The position numbers were made by a program, and so were the translations under genes. Positions 46,301-63,900 of a stretch of DNA of 64,000 nucleotides are shown in pieces. Below the pieces are notes generated by a model that was not told the DNA's origin, searched no databases, and worked only from the letters and a program-made list of their open reading frames with translations. The stretch lies in assembly GCF_009914755.1 (NCBI RefSeq), contig NC_060927.1. The stretch is one strand, 5' to 3'. Numbering within the stretch: the first letter of the stretch is position 1; every line of letters starts with the position of its first letter. Origin of the DNA: the human T2T-CHM13v2.0 reference genome, Homo sapiens.

Positions 46301-49114
46301 CAAATATGTATTATATTAGGTACATAAAATATGAAAGTACATCAAATATAGATTATATACCGTACATAAAATATCAAAGTACCCCAAATATATATTATAT
46401 ACTATACATGAAATATCAAATATCACAAACTATATATTATATACTGTACATAAAATATCAAAGTACCCAATGTATATATTCTATAGTGTACAAAAAATAT
46501 CAAAGTACCCAAAGCATGTATTATATACTGTACATAAAATATAAAAGTACATCAAATATATATTTTATTCTGTACATAAAATATGAAAGTACACCAGATA
46601 TATATTCTATAGTGTACATAAAATATCAAAGTACCCAAACTATACATTATATACTGTACATAAAATATGAAATTACATCAAATATATATTATATTAGGTA
46701 CTTAAAATATGAAAGTACATCAAATATAGATTATATACTGTACATAAAATATCAAAGTACCCCAAATATATATTATATACTGTACATGAAATATCAAAGT
46801 TCACAACTATATATTATATACTGTACATAAAATATCAAAGTCCCCAAGGTATATATTCTATACTGTACAAGAAATATCAAAGTACACAAAGCATGTATTA
46901 TATACTGTACATAAAATATGAAATTACATCAAATATATATTATATTAGGTACATAAAATATGAAAGTACATCAAATATAGATTATATACTATACATAAAA
47001 TATCAAAGTACCCCAAATATATATTATATACTGTACATGTAATATCAAAGTTCACAACTATATATTACATACTGTACATAAAATATCAAAGTACCCAAGG
47101 TATATATTCTATACTGTACAAAAAATATCAAAGTACCCAAAGCATGTATTATATACTGTACATAAAATATGAAAGTACATCAAATATATATTTTATTCTG
47201 TACATAAAATATCAAAGTACACCAGATATATATTCTATAGTGTATATAAAATATCAAAGTACCCAAACTATACATTATATACTGTACATAAAATATGAAA
47301 TTACATCAAATATATATTATATTAGGTACATAAAATATGAAAGTACATGAAGTATAGATTATATACTGTACATAAAATATCAAAGTACCCCAAATTTATA
47401 TTATATACTATACATGAAATATCAAAGTTCACAAACTATATATTATATACTGTACATAAAATATCAAAGTACCCAAGGTATATATTCTATAGTGTACAAA
47501 AAATATCAAAGTACCCAAAGCATGTATTATATACCGTACATAAAATATAAAATTACATCAAATATATATTTTATTCTGTACATAAAATATCAAAGTACAC
47601 CAGATATACATACTATAGTGTACATAAAATATCAAAGTACCCAAACTATACATTATACACTGTACATAAAATATGAAATTACATCAAATATATATTAGGT
47701 ACATAAAATATGAAAGTACATCAAATATAGATTATATACTGTAAATATAATATCAATGTACCCCAAATATATATTTTATACTCTACATGAAATATCAAAG
47801 TTCACAAACCATATATTATATACTGTACATAAAATATCAAAGTACCCAAGGTATATATTCTATACTGAACAAAAAATATCAAAGTACCCAAAGCATGTAT
47901 TATATACTGTACATAAAATATGGAAGTACATCAAATATATATTTTATTCTGTACATAAAATATCAAAGTACACCAGATATATATTCTATAGTGTACATAA
48001 AATATCAAAGTACCCAAACTATACATTATATACTGTACATAAAATATGAAATTACATCAAATATATATTATATTAGGTACATGAAATATGAAAGTACATC
48101 AAATATAGATTATATACTGTACATAAAATATGAAAGTACCCCAAATATATATTATATACTCTACATGAAATATCAAAGTTCACAAACTATATATTATATA
48201 CTGTACATAAAATATCAAAGTACCCAAGGTATATATTCTATACTGTACAAAAAATATCAAAGTATCCAAAGCATGTATTATATACTGTATATAAAATATG
48301 AAAGTACATCAAATATATATTTTATTCTGTACATAAAATATCAAAGTACACCAGATATATATTCTATAGTGTACATAAAATATCAAAGTACCCAAACTAT
48401 ACATTATATACTGTACATAAAATATGAAATTACATCATATATATATTAGGTACATAAAATATGAAAGTACATCAAATATATATTTTATTCTGTACATAAA
48501 ATATCAAAGTACACCAGATATATATTCTATAGTGTACATAAAATAACAAAGTACACAAACTATAAATTATATAGTGTACATAAAATATGAAATTACATCA
48601 AATATATATTAGGTACATAAAATATGAAAGTACATCAAATATAGATTATATACTGTACATATAATATCAATGTACCCGAAATATATATTTTATACTCTAC
48701 ATGAAATATCAAAGTTCACAAACCATATATTGTATACTGCACATAAAATATCAAAATACCCAAGGTATATATTCTATACTGTACAAAAAATATCAAAGTA
48801 CCCAAAGCAGGTATTATATACTGTACATAAAATATGAAAGTACATCAAATATATATTTTATTCTGTACATAAAATATCAAAGTACACCAGATATATATTC
48901 TATAGCGTACATAAAATATCAAAGTACACAAACTATACATTATATACTGTACATAAAATATGAAATTACATCAAATATATATTATATTAGGTACATAAAA
49001 TATGAAAGTACATCAAATATAGATTATATACTGTACATTAAATACCAAAGTACCCCAAATATATATTTTATACTGAACATGAAATTTCAAAGTTCACAAA
49101 CTATATATTATATA

Positions 49115-52100
49115 CTGTACATAAAATATCAAAGTACCCAAGGTATATATTCTATACTGTACAAAAAATATCAAAGTACCCAAAGCATGTATTATATACT
49201 GTACATAAAATATGAAATTACATCAAATATATATTTTATTCTGTACATAAAATATCAAAGTACACCAGATATATATTCTATAGTGTACATAAAATATCAA
49301 AGTACCCAAACTATACATTATATACTGTACATAAAATGTGAAATTACATCAAATATATATTATATTAGGTACATAAAATATGAAAGTACATCAAATATAG
49401 ATTATATACTGTACATTAAATACCAATATACCCCAAATATATATTTTATACTGTACATGAAATATCAAAGTTCACACACTATATATTATATACTGTACAT
49501 AAAATATCAAAGTACGCAAGGTATATATTCTATACTGTACAAAAAACATCAAAGTACCCAAAGCATGTATTATATACTGTACATAAAATATGAAAGTACA
49601 TCAAATATATATTTTATTCTGTACATAAAATATCAAAGTACACCAGATATATATTCTATAGTGTAGATAAAATATCAAAGTACCCAAACTATACATTATA
49701 TACTGTACATAAAATATGAAATTACATCAAATATACATTATATTAGGTACATAAAATAAGAAAGTACATCAAATATAGATTATATACTGTACATAAAATA
49801 TCAAAGTACCCCAAATATATATTATATACTCTACATGAAATATCAAAGTTCACAAACTATATATTATATACTGTACATAAAATATCAAAGTACCCAAGGT
49901 ATATATTCTATACTGTACAAAAAATATCAAAGTATCCAAAGCATGTTTTATATACTGTATATAAAATATGAAAGTACATTAAAGATATATTTTATTCTGT
50001 ACATAAAATATCAAAATACACCAGATATATATTCTATAGTGTACATAAAATAACAAAGTACACAAACTATAAATTATATACTGTACATAAAATATGAAAT
50101 TACATCAAATATATATTAGGTACATAAAATATGAAAGTACATCAAATATAGATTATATACTGTACATATAATATCAATGTACCCCAAATATATATTTTAT
50201 ACTCTACATGAAATATCAAAGTTCACAAACCATACATTATATACTGTACATAAAATATCAAAGTACCCAAGTTATATATTCTATACTGTACAAAAGATAT
50301 CAAAGTACCCAAAGCATGTATTATATACTGTATATAAAATATGAAAGTACATCAAATATATATTGTATACTGTACATAAAATATCAAAGTACACCAGATA
50401 TATATTTTATAGTGTACATAAAATATCAAAGTACCCAAACTATACATTATATACTGTACATAAAATATGAGATTACATCAAATATATATTATATTAGGTA
50501 CATAAAATATGAAAGTACATCAGATATAGATTATATACTGTACATAAAATATCAAAGTACCCCAAATATATATTATATACTCTACATGAAATATGAAAGT
50601 TCACAAACTATATATTATATACTGTACATAAAATATCAAAGTACCCAAGGTATATATTCTATACTGTACAAAAAATATCAAAATACCCAAAGCATGTATT
50701 ATATACTGTATATAAAATATGAAAATACATTAAATATATATTTTATTCTGTACATAAAATATCAAAGTACACCAGATATATATTCTATAGTGTACATAAA
50801 ATAACAAAGTACACAAACTATAAATTATATACTGTATGTAAAATATGAAATTACATCAAATATATATTAGGTACATAAAATATGAAAGTACATCAAATAT
50901 AGATTATATACTGTACATATAATATCAATGTACCGCAAATATATATTTTATACTCTACATGAAATATCAAAGTTCACAAACCATACATTATATACTTTCC
51001 ATAAAATATCAAAGTACCCATGGCATATATTCTATACTGTACAAAAGATATCAAAGTACCCAAAGCATGTATTATATACTGTACATAAAATATGAAAGTA
51101 CATCAAATATATATTTTCTTCTGTACATAAAATATCAAAGTACACCAGATATATATTCTATAGTGTACATAAAATATCAAAGTACCCAAACTATATATTA
51201 TATACTGTACATAAAATATGAAATTACATCAAATATGTATTATATTAGGTACATAAAATATGAAAGTACATCAAATATAGATTATATACCGTACATAAAA
51301 TATCAAAGTACCCCAAATATATATTATATACTATACATGAAATATCAAATATCACAAACTATATATTATATACTGTACATAAAATATCAAAGTACCCAAT
51401 GTATATATTCTATAGTGTACAAAAAATATCAAAGTACCCAAAGCATGTATTATATACTGTACATAAAATATAAAAGTACATCAAATATATATTTTATTCT
51501 GTACATAAAATATGAAAGTACACCAGATATATATTCTATAGTGTACATAAAATATCAAAGTACCCAAACTATACATTATATACTGTACATAAAATATGAA
51601 ATTACATCAAATATATATTATATTAGGTACTTAAAATATGAAAGTACATCAAATATAGATTATATACTGTACATAAAATATCAAAGTACCCCAAATATAT
51701 ATTATATACTGTACATGAAATATCAAAGTTCACAACTATATATTATATACTGTACATAAAATATCAAAGTCCCCAAGGTATATATTCTATACTGTACAAA
51801 AAATATCAAAGTACACAAAGCATGTATTATATACTGTACATAAAATATGAAATTACATCAAATATATATTATATTAGGTACATAAAATATGAAAGTACAT
51901 CAAATATAGATTATATACTGTACATAAAATATCAAAATACCCCAAATATATATTATATACTGTACATGTAATATCAAAGTTCACAACTATATATTACATA
52001 CTGTACATAAAATATCAAAGTACCCAAGGTATATATTCTATACTGTACAAAAAATATCAAAGTACCCAAAGCATGTATTATATACTGTACATAAAATATG

Positions 52101-54989
52101 AAATTACATCAAATATATATTTTATTCTGTACATAAAATATCAAAGTACACCAGATATATATTCTATAGTGTACATAAAATATCAAAGTACCCAAACTAT
52201 ACATTATATACTGTACATAAAATGTGAAATTACATCAAATATATATTATATTAGGTACATAAAATATGAAAGTACATCAAATATAGATTATATACTGTAC
52301 ATTAAATACCAATATACCCCAAATATATATTTTATACTGTACATGAAATATCAAAGTTCACACACTATATATTATATACTGTACATAAAATATCAAAGTA
52401 CGCAAGGTATATATTCTATACTGTACAAAAAACATCAAAGTACCCAAAGCATGTATTATATACTGTACATAAAATATGAAAGTACATCAAATATATATTT
52501 TATTCTGTACATAAAATATCAAAGTACACCAGATATATATTCTATAGTGTAGATAAAATATCAAAGTACCCAAACTATACATTATATACTGTACATAAAA
52601 TATGAAATTACATCAAATATACATTATATTAGGTACATAAAATAAGAAAGTACATCAAATATAGATTATATACTGTACATAAAATATCAAAGTACCCCAA
52701 ATATATATTATATACTCTACATGAAATATCAAAGTTCACAAACTATATATTATATAATGTACATAAAATATCAAAGTACCCAAGGTATATATTCTATACT
52801 GTACAAAAAATATCAAAGTATCCAAAGCATGTTTTATATACTGTATATAAAATATGAAAGTACATTAAAGATATATTTTATTCTGTACATAAAATATCAA
52901 AATACACCAGATATATATTCTATAGTGTACATAAAATAACAAAGTACACAAACTATAAATTATATACTGTACATAAAATATGAAATTACATCAAATATAT
53001 ATTAGGTACATAAAATATGAAAGTACATCAAATATAGATTATATACTGTACATATAATATCAATGTACCCCAAATATATATTTTATACTCTACATGAAAT
53101 ATCAAAGTTCACAAACCATACATTATATACTGTACATAAAATATCAAAGTACCCAAGTTATATATTCTATACTGTACAAAAGATATCAAAGTACCCAAAG
53201 CATGTATTATATACTGTATATAAAATATGAAAGTACATCAAATATATATTGTATACTGTACATAAAATATCAAAGTACACCAGATATATATTTTATAGTG
53301 TACATAAAATATCAAAGTACCCAAACTATACATTATATACTGTACATAAAATATGAGATTACATCAAATATATATTATATTAGGTACATAAAATATGAAA
53401 GTACATCAGATATAGATTATATACTGTACATAAAATATCAAAGTACCCCAAATATATATTATATACTCTACATGAAATATGAAAGTTCACAAACTATATA
53501 TTATATACTGTACATAAAATATCAAAGTACCCAAGGTATATATTCTATACTGTACAAAAAATATCAAAATACCCAAAGCATGTATTATATACTGTATATA
53601 AAATATGAAAATACATTAAATATATATTTTATTCTGTACATAAAATATCAAAGTACACCAGATATATATTCTATAGTGTACATAAAATAACAAAGTACAC
53701 AAACTATAAATTATATACTGTATGTAAAATATGAAATTACATCAAATATATATTAGGTACATAAAATATGAAAGTACATCAAATATAGATTATATACTGT
53801 ACATATAATATCAATGTACCGCAAATATATATTTTATACTCTACATGAAATATCAAAGTTCACAAACCATACATTATATACTTTCCATAAAATATCAAAG
53901 TACCCATGGCATATATTCTATACTGTACAAAAGATATCAAAGTACCCAAAGCATGTATTATATACTGTACATAAAATATGAAAGTACATCAAATATATAT
54001 TTTCTTCTGTACATAAAATATCAAAGTACACCAGATATATATTCTATAGTGTACATAAAATATCAAAGTACCCAAACTATATATTATATACTGTACATAA
54101 AATATGAAATTACATCAAATATGTATTATATTAGGTACATAAAATATGAAAGTACATCAAATATAGATTATATACCGTACATAAAATATCAAAGTACCCC
54201 AAATATATATTATATACTCTACATGAAATATCAAATATCACAAACTATATATTATATACTGTACATAAAATATCAAAGTACCCAATGTATATATTCTATA
54301 GTGTACAAAAAATATCAAAGTACCCAAAGCATGTATTATATACTGTACATAAAATATAAAAGTACATCAAATATATATTTTATTCTGTACATAAAATATG
54401 AAAGTACACCAGATATATATTCTATAGTGTACATAAAATATCAAAGTACCCAAACTATACATTATATACTGTACATAAAATATGAAATTACATCAAATAT
54501 ATATTATATTAGGTACTTAAAATATGAAAGTACATCAAATATAGATTATATACTGTACATAAAATATCAAAGTACCCCAAATATATATTATATACTGTAC
54601 ATGAAATATCAAAGTTCACAACTATATATTATATACTGTACATAAAATATCAAAGTCCCCAAGGTATATATTCTATACTGTACAAAAAATATCAAAGTAC
54701 ACAAAGCATGTATTATATACTGTACATAAAATATGAAATTACATCAAATATATATTATATTAGGTACATAAAATATGAAAGTACATCAAATATAGATTAT
54801 ATACTGTACATAAAATATCAAAATACCCCAAATATATATTATATACTGTACATGTAATATCAAAGTTCACAACTATATATTACATACTGTACATAAAATA
54901 TCAAAGTACCCAAGGTATATATTCTATACTGTACAAAAAATATCAAAGTACCCAAAGCATGTATTATATACTGTACATAAAATATGAAA
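49115..54989 (+). repeat. Near-identical tandem duplication, 2886-bp unit x2
   Basis: ORF starts 49835/50208/50959/52073 recur at 52721/53094/53845/54959 (+2886). Variants shared by the two copies: agtacgcaagg (49511/52397), gtgtagataa (49661/52547), taccgcaaat (50931/53817), atattttctt (51111/53997). Confidence 0.92.
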
Positions 54990-57900
54990 GTACATCAAAT
55001 ATATATTTTATTCTGTACATAAAATATCAAAGTACACCAGATATATATTCTATAGTGTATATAAAATATCAAAGTACCCAAACTATACATTATATACTGT
55101 ACATAAAATATGAAATTACATCAAATATATATTATATTGGGTACATAAAATATGAAAGTACATGAAGTATAGATTATATACTGTACATAAAATATCAAAG
55201 TACCCCAAATTTATATTATATACTATACATGAAATATCAAAGTTCACAAACTATATATTATATACTGTACATAAAATATCAAAGTACCCAAGGTATATAT
55301 TCTATAGTGTACAAAAAATATCAAAGTACCCAAAGCATGTATTATATACCGTACATAAAATATAAAATTACATCAAATATATATTTTATTCTGTACATAA
55401 AATATCAAAGTACACCAGATATATATTCTATAGAGTACATAAAATATCAAAGTACCCAAACTATACATTACATACTGTACATAAAATATGAAATTACATC
55501 AAATATATATTATAATAGGTACATAAAATATGAAAGTACATCAAATATAGATTATATACTGTACATTAAATACGAAAGTACCCCAAATATATATTTTGTA
55601 CTGTACATGAAATATCAAAGTACCCAAGGTATATATTCTATACTGTACAAAAAATATCAAAGTACCCAAAGCATGTATTACAAACTGTACATAAAATATG
55701 AAAGTCCATCAAATATATATTTTATTCTGTACATAAAATATGAAAGTACACCAGATATATATTCTATAGTGTACATAAAATATCAAAGTACCCAAACTAT
55801 ACATTATATACTGTACATAAAATATGAAATTACATCAAATATATATTATATTAGGTACATAAAATATGAAAGTACATCAAATATAGATTATATACTGTAC
55901 ATTAAGTACCAAAGTACCCCAAATATATATTTTATACTGTACATGAAATATCAAAGTTCACAAACTATATATTATATACTGTACATAAAATATCAAAGTA
56001 CCCAAGGTATATATTCTATACTGTACAAAAAATATCACAGTACCCAAAGCATGTATTATATACTGTACATAAAGTATGAAAGTACATCAAATATATATTT
56101 TATTCTGTACATAAAATATCGAGGTACACCAGATATATATTCTATAGTGTACATAAAATATCAAAGTACCCAAACTATAAATTATATACTGTACATAAAA
56201 TATGAAATTACATCAAATATATATTATATTAGGTACATAAAATATGAAAGTACATCAAATATAGATTATATACTCTACATTAAATACCAAAGTACCCCAA
56301 ATATATATTTTATACTGTACATGAAATATCAAAGTTCACAAAGTATATATTATATACTGTACATAAAATATCAAAGTACCCAAGGTATATATTCTATACT
56401 GTACAAAAGATATCAAAGTACCCAAAGCATGTATTATATACTGTACATAAAATATGAAAGTACATCATATATATATTTTATTCTGTACATAAAATATTAA
56501 AGTACACCAGATATATATTCTATAGTGTACATAAAATATCAAAGTACCCAAACTATACATTATATACTGTACATAAAATATGAAATTACATCAAATATAT
56601 ATTAAGTACATAAAATATGAAAGTACATCAAATATGGATTATATACTGTACATAAAATATCAATGTACACCAAATATATATTATATACTCTACATGAAAT
56701 ATCAAAGTTCACAAACTATATATTGTATACTGTCCATAAAATATCAAAGTACCCAAGGTATATATTCTATACTGTACAAAAAATATCAAAGTACCCAAAG
56801 CATGTATTATATACTGTATATAAAATATGAAAGTACATCAAATATATATTTGATTCTGTACATAAAATATCAAAGTACACCAGATATATATTCTATAGTG
56901 TACATAAAATATCAAAGTACCCAAACTATACAGTATATACTGTACATAAAATATGAAATTACATCAAATATATATTATATTAGGTACATAAAATATGAAA
57001 GTACATCAAATATAGATTATATACTGTACATAAAATATCAAAGTACCCCGAATATATATTATATACTCTACATGAAATATCAAAGTTCACAAACTATATA
57101 TTATATACTGTACATAAAATATCAAAGTACCCAAGGTATATATTCTATACTGTACAAAAAATATCAAGGTACCCAAAGCATGTATTATATACTGTACATA
57201 AAATATGAAAGTACATCAAATATATATTTTATTCTGTACATAAAATATCAAAGTACACCAGATATATATTCTATAGTGTATATAAAATATCAAAGTACCC
57301 AAACTATACATTATATACTGTACATAAAATATGAAATTACATCAAATATATATTATATTAGGTACATAAAATATGAAAGTACATGAAGTATAGATTATAT
57401 ACTGTACATAAAATATCAAAGTACCCCAAATTTATGTTATATACTATACATGAAATATCAAAGTTCACAAACTATATATTATATACTGTACATAAAATAT
57501 CAAAGTACCCAAGGTATATATTCTATAGTGTACAAAAAATATCAAAGTACCCAAAGCATGTATTATATACCGTACATAAAATATAAAATTACATCAAATA
57601 TATATTTTATTCTGTACATAAAATATCAAAGTACACCAGATATATATACTATAGTGTACATAAAATATCAAAGTACCCAAACTATACATTATACACTGTA
57701 CATAAAATATGAAATTACATCAAATATATATTAGGTACATAAAATATGAAAGTACATCAAATATAGATTATATACTGTAAATATAATATCAATGTACCCC
57801 AAATATATATTTTATACTCTACATGAAATATCAAAGTTCACAAACCATATATTATATACTGTACATAAAATATCAAAGTACCCAAGGTATATATTCTATA

Positions 57901-60900
57901 CTGTACAAAAAATATCAAAGTACCCAAAGCATGTATTATATACTATACCTAAAATATGAAAGTACATCAAATATATATTTTATTCTGTACAGAAAATATC
58001 AAAGTACACCAGATATATATTCTACAGTGTACATAAAATATCAAAGTACCCAAACTATACATTATATACTGTACATAAAATATGAAATTACATCAAATAT
58101 ATATTATATTAGGTACATAAAATATGAAAGTACATCAAATATAGATTATATACTGTAAATATAATATCAATGTACCCCAAATATATATTTTATACTCTAC
58201 ATGAAATATCAAAGTTCACAAACCATATATTATATACTGTACATAAAATATCAAAGTACCCAAGGTATATATTCTATACTGTACAAAAAATATCAAAGTA
58301 CCCAAAGCATGTATTATATACTGTACATAAAATATGAAAGTACATCAAATATATATTTTATTCTGTACATAAAATATCAAAGTACACCAGATATATATTC
58401 TATAGTGTACATAAAATATCAAAGTACCCAAACTATACATTATATACTGTACATAAAATATGAAATTACATCAAATATATATTATATTAGGTAAATGAAA
58501 TATGAAAGTACATCAAATATAGATTATATACTGTACATAAAATATGAAAGTACCCCAAATATATATTATATACTCTACATGAAATATCAAAGTTCACAAA
58601 CTATATATTATATACTGTACATAAAATATCAAAGTACCCAAGGTATATATTCTATACTGTACAAAAAATATCAAAGTATCCAAAGCATGTATTATATACT
58701 GTATATAAAATATGAAAGTACATCAAATATATATTTTATTCTGTACATAAAATATCAAAGTACACCAGATATATATTCTATAGTGTACATAAAATATCAA
58801 AGTACCCAAACTATACATTATATACTGTACATAAAATATGAAATTACAGCAAATATATATTATATTAGGTACATAAAATATGAAAGTACATCAAATATAG
58901 ATTATATACTCTACATTAAATACCAAAGTACCCCAAATATATATTTTATACTGTACATGAAATATCAAAGTTCACAAACTATATATTATATACTGTACAT
59001 AAAATATCAATGTACCCAAGGTATATATTCTATACTGCACAAAAAATATCAAAGTACCCAAAGCATGTATTATATACTGTATATAAAATATGAAAGTACA
59101 TCAAATATATATTTTATTCTGTACATAAAATATCAAAGTACACCAGATATATATTCTATAGTGTACATAAAATATCAAAGTACCCAAACTATACATTATA
59201 TACTGTATATAAAATATGAAATTACATCAAATATATATTATATTAGGTACATTAAATACGAAAGTACATCAAATATAGATTATATACTGTACATAAAATA
59301 TGAAAGTACCCCAATATATATTATATACTCTACATGAAATATCAAAGTTCACAAACTATATATTATGTACTGTACATAAAATATCAAACTACCCAAGGTA
59401 TATATTCTATACTGTACAAAAAATATCAAAGTACCCAAAGCATGTATTATATAATGTACATAAAATATGAAAGTACATCAAATATATATTTTATTCTGTA
59501 CATAAAATATCAAAGAACACCAGATATATATTCTATAGTGTACATAAAATATCAAAGTACCCAAACTATACATTATATACTGTACATAAAATATGAAATT
59601 ACATCATATATATATTAGGTACATAAAATATGAAAGTACATCAAATATATATTTTATTCTGTACATAAAATATCAAAGTACACCAGATATATATTCTATA
59701 GTGTACATAAAATAACAAAGTACACAAACTATAAATTATATACTGTACATAAAATATGAAATTACATCAAATATATATTAGGTACATAAAATATGAAAGT
59801 ACATCAAATATAGATTATATACTGTACATATAATATCAATGTACCCGAAATATATATTTTATACTCTACATGAAATATCAAAGTTCACAAACCATATATT
59901 GTATACTGCACATAAAATATCAAAATACCCAAGGTATATATTCTATACTGTACAAAAAATATCAAAGTACCCAAAGCAGGTATTATATACTGTACATAAA
60001 ATATGAAAGTACATCAAATATATATTTTATTCTGTACATAAAATATCAAAGTACACCAGATATATATTCTATAGCGTACATAAAATATCAAAGTACCCAA
60101 ACTATACATTATATACTGTACATAAAATATGAAATTACATCAAATATATATTATATTAGGTACATAAAATATGAAAGTACATCAAATATAGATTATATAC
60201 TGTAAATATAATATCAATGTACCCCAAATATATATTTTATACTGTACATGAAATATCAAAGTTCACAAAGTATATATTATATACTGTACATAAAATATCA
60301 AAGTACCCAAGGTATATATTCTATACTGTACAAAAGATATCAAAGTACCCAAAGCATGTATTATATACTGTACATAAAATATGAAAGTACATCATATATA
60401 TATTTTATTCTGTACATAAAATATCAAAGTACACCAGATATATATACTATAGTGTACATAAAATATCAAAGTACCCAAACTATACATTATACACTGTACA
60501 TAAAATATGAAATTACATCAAATATATATTAGGTACATAAAATATGAAAGTACATCAAATATAGATTATATACTGTAAATATAATATCAATGTACCCCAA
60601 ATATATATTTTATACTCTACATGAAATATCAAAGTTCACAAACCATATATTATATACTGTACATAAAATATCAAAGTACCCAAGGTATATATTCTATACT
60701 GAACAAAAAATATCAAAGTACCCAAAGCATGTATTATATACTGTACATAAAATATGAAAGTACATCAAATATATATTCTATTCTGTACATAAAATATCAA
60801 AGTACACCAGATATATATTCTATAGTGTACATAAAATATCAAAGTACCCAAACTATACATTATATACTGTACATAAAATATGAAATTACATCAAATATAT

Positions 60901-63900
60901 ATTATATTAGGTACATGAAATATGAAAGTACATCAAATATAGATTATATACTGTACATAAAATATGAAAGTACCCCAAATATATATTATATACTCTACAT
61001 GAAATATCAAAGTTCACAAACTATATATTATATACTGTACATAAAATATCAAAGTACCCAAGGTATATATTCTATACTGTACAAAAAATATCAAAGTATC
61101 CAAAGCATGTATTATATACTGTATATAAAATATGAAAGTACATCAAATATATATTTTATTCTGTACATAAAATATCAAAGTACACCAGATATATATTCTA
61201 TAGTGTACATAAAATATCAAAGTACCCAAACTATACATTATATACTGTACATAAAATATGAAATTACAGCAAATATATATTATATTAGGTACATAAAATA
61301 TGAAAGTACATCAAATATAGATTATATACTGTACATTAAATACCAAAGTACCCCAAATATATATTTTATACTGTACATGAAATATCAAAGTTCACAAACT
61401 ATATATTATATACTGTACATAAAATATCAATGTACCCAAGGTATATATTCTATACTGCACAAAAAATATCAAAGTACCCAAAGCATGTATTATATACTGT
61501 ATATAAAATATGAAAGTACATCAAATATATATTTTATTGTGTACATAAAATATCAAAGTACACCAGATATATATTCTATAGTGTACATAAAATAACAAAG
61601 TACACAAACTATAAATTATATCCTGTACATAAAATATGAAATTACATCAAATATATATTAGGTACATAAAATATGAAAGTACATCAAATATAGATTATAT
61701 ACTGTACATTAAGTACCAAAGTACACCAAATATATATTTTATACTCTACATGAAATATCAAAGTTCACAAACCATATATTATATACTGTGCATAAAATAT
61801 CAAAGTACCCAAGGTATATATTCTATACTGTACAAAAAATATCAAAGTACCCAAAGCATGTATTATATACTATACATAAAATATGAAATTACATCAAATA
61901 TATATTTTATTCTGTACATAAAATATCAAAGTACACCAGATATATATTCTATAGTGTACATAAAATATCAAAGTACCCAAACTATACATTATATACTGTA
62001 CATAAAATGTGAAATTACATCAAATATATATTATATTAGGTACATAAAATATGAAAGTACATCAAATATAGATTATATACTGTACATTAAATACCAATAT
62101 ACCCCAAATATATATTTTATACTGTACATGAAATATCAAAGTTCACAAACTATATATTATATACTGTATATAAAATATCAAAGTACACCAGATATATATT
62201 TTATAGTGTACATAAAATATCAAAGTACCCAAACTATAAATTATATACTGAACATAAAATATGAGATTACATCAAATATATATTATATTAGGTACATAAA
62301 ATATGAAAGTACATCAGATATAGATTATATACTGTACATACAATATCAAAGTACCCCAAATATATATTATATACTCTACATGAAATATCAAAGTTCACAA
62401 ACTATATATTATATACTGTACATAAAATATCAAAGTACCCAAGGTATATATTCTATACTGTACAAAAAATATCAAAATACCCAAAGCATGTATTATATAC
62501 TGTATATAAAATATGAAAATACATTAAATATATATTTTTTCTGTACATAAAATATCAAACTACACCAGATATATATTCTATAGTGTACATAAAATAACAA
62601 AGTACACAAACTATAAATTATATACTGTACGTAAAATATGAAATTACATCAAATATATATTAGGTACATAAAATATGAAAGTACATCAAATATAGATTAT
62701 ATACTGTACATATAATATCAATGTACCCCAAATATATATTTTATACTCTACATGAAATATCAAAGTTCACAAACCATACATTATATACTTTCCATAAAAT
62801 ATCAAAGTACCCATGGCATATATTCTATACTGTACAAAAGATATCAAAGTACCCAAAGCATGTATTATATACTGTACATAAAATATGAAAGTACATCAAA
62901 TATATATTTTATTCTGTACATAAAATATCAAAGTACACCAGATATATATTCTATAGTGTACATAAAATATCAAAGTACCCAAACTATATATTATATACTG
63001 TACATAAAATATGAAATTACATCAAGTATGTATTATATTAGGTACATAAAATATGAAAGTACATCAAATATAGATTATATACCGTACATAAAATATCAAA
63101 GTACCCCAAATATATATTATATACTATACATGAAATGTCAAATATCACAAACTATATATTATATACTGTACATAAAATATCAAAGTACCCAATGTATATA
63201 TTCTATAGTGTACAAAAAATATCAAAGTACCCAAAGCATGTATTATATACTGTACATAAAATATAAAAGTACATCAAATATATATTTTATTCTGTACATA
63301 AAATATGAAAGTACACCAGATATATATTCTATAGTGTACATAAAATATCAAAGTACCCAAACTATACATTATATACTGTACATAAAATATGAAATTACAT
63401 CAAATATATATTATATTAGGTACTTAAAATATGAAAGTACATCAAATATAGATTATATACTGTACATAAAATATCAAAGTACCCCAAATATATATTATAT
63501 ACTGTACATGTAATATCAAAGTTCTCAACTATATATTACATACTGTACATAAAATATCAAAGTACCCTAGGTATATATTCTATACTGTACAAAAAATATC
63601 AAAGTACCCAAAGCATGTATTATATACTGTACATAAAATATGAAAGTACATCAAATATATATTTTATTCTGTACATAAAATATCAAAGTACACCAGATAT
63701 ATATTCTATAGTGTATATAAAATATCAAAGTACCCAAATTATACATTATATACTGTACATAAAATGTGAAATTACATCAAATATATATTATATTAGGTAC
63801 ACAAAATATGAAAGTACATGAAGTATAGATTATATACTGTACATAAAATATCAAAGTACCCCAAATTTATATTATATACTATACATGAAATATCAAAGTT

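Noticed and set aside
93-63821. More than 100 + strand ORFs of 67-436 aa
   Set aside because: They are translations of the 42-bp satellite (14-aa periodicity), broken by frameshifting indels and stops that are themselves amplified. There is no domain-like sequence or gene context, so none is called as a CDS.
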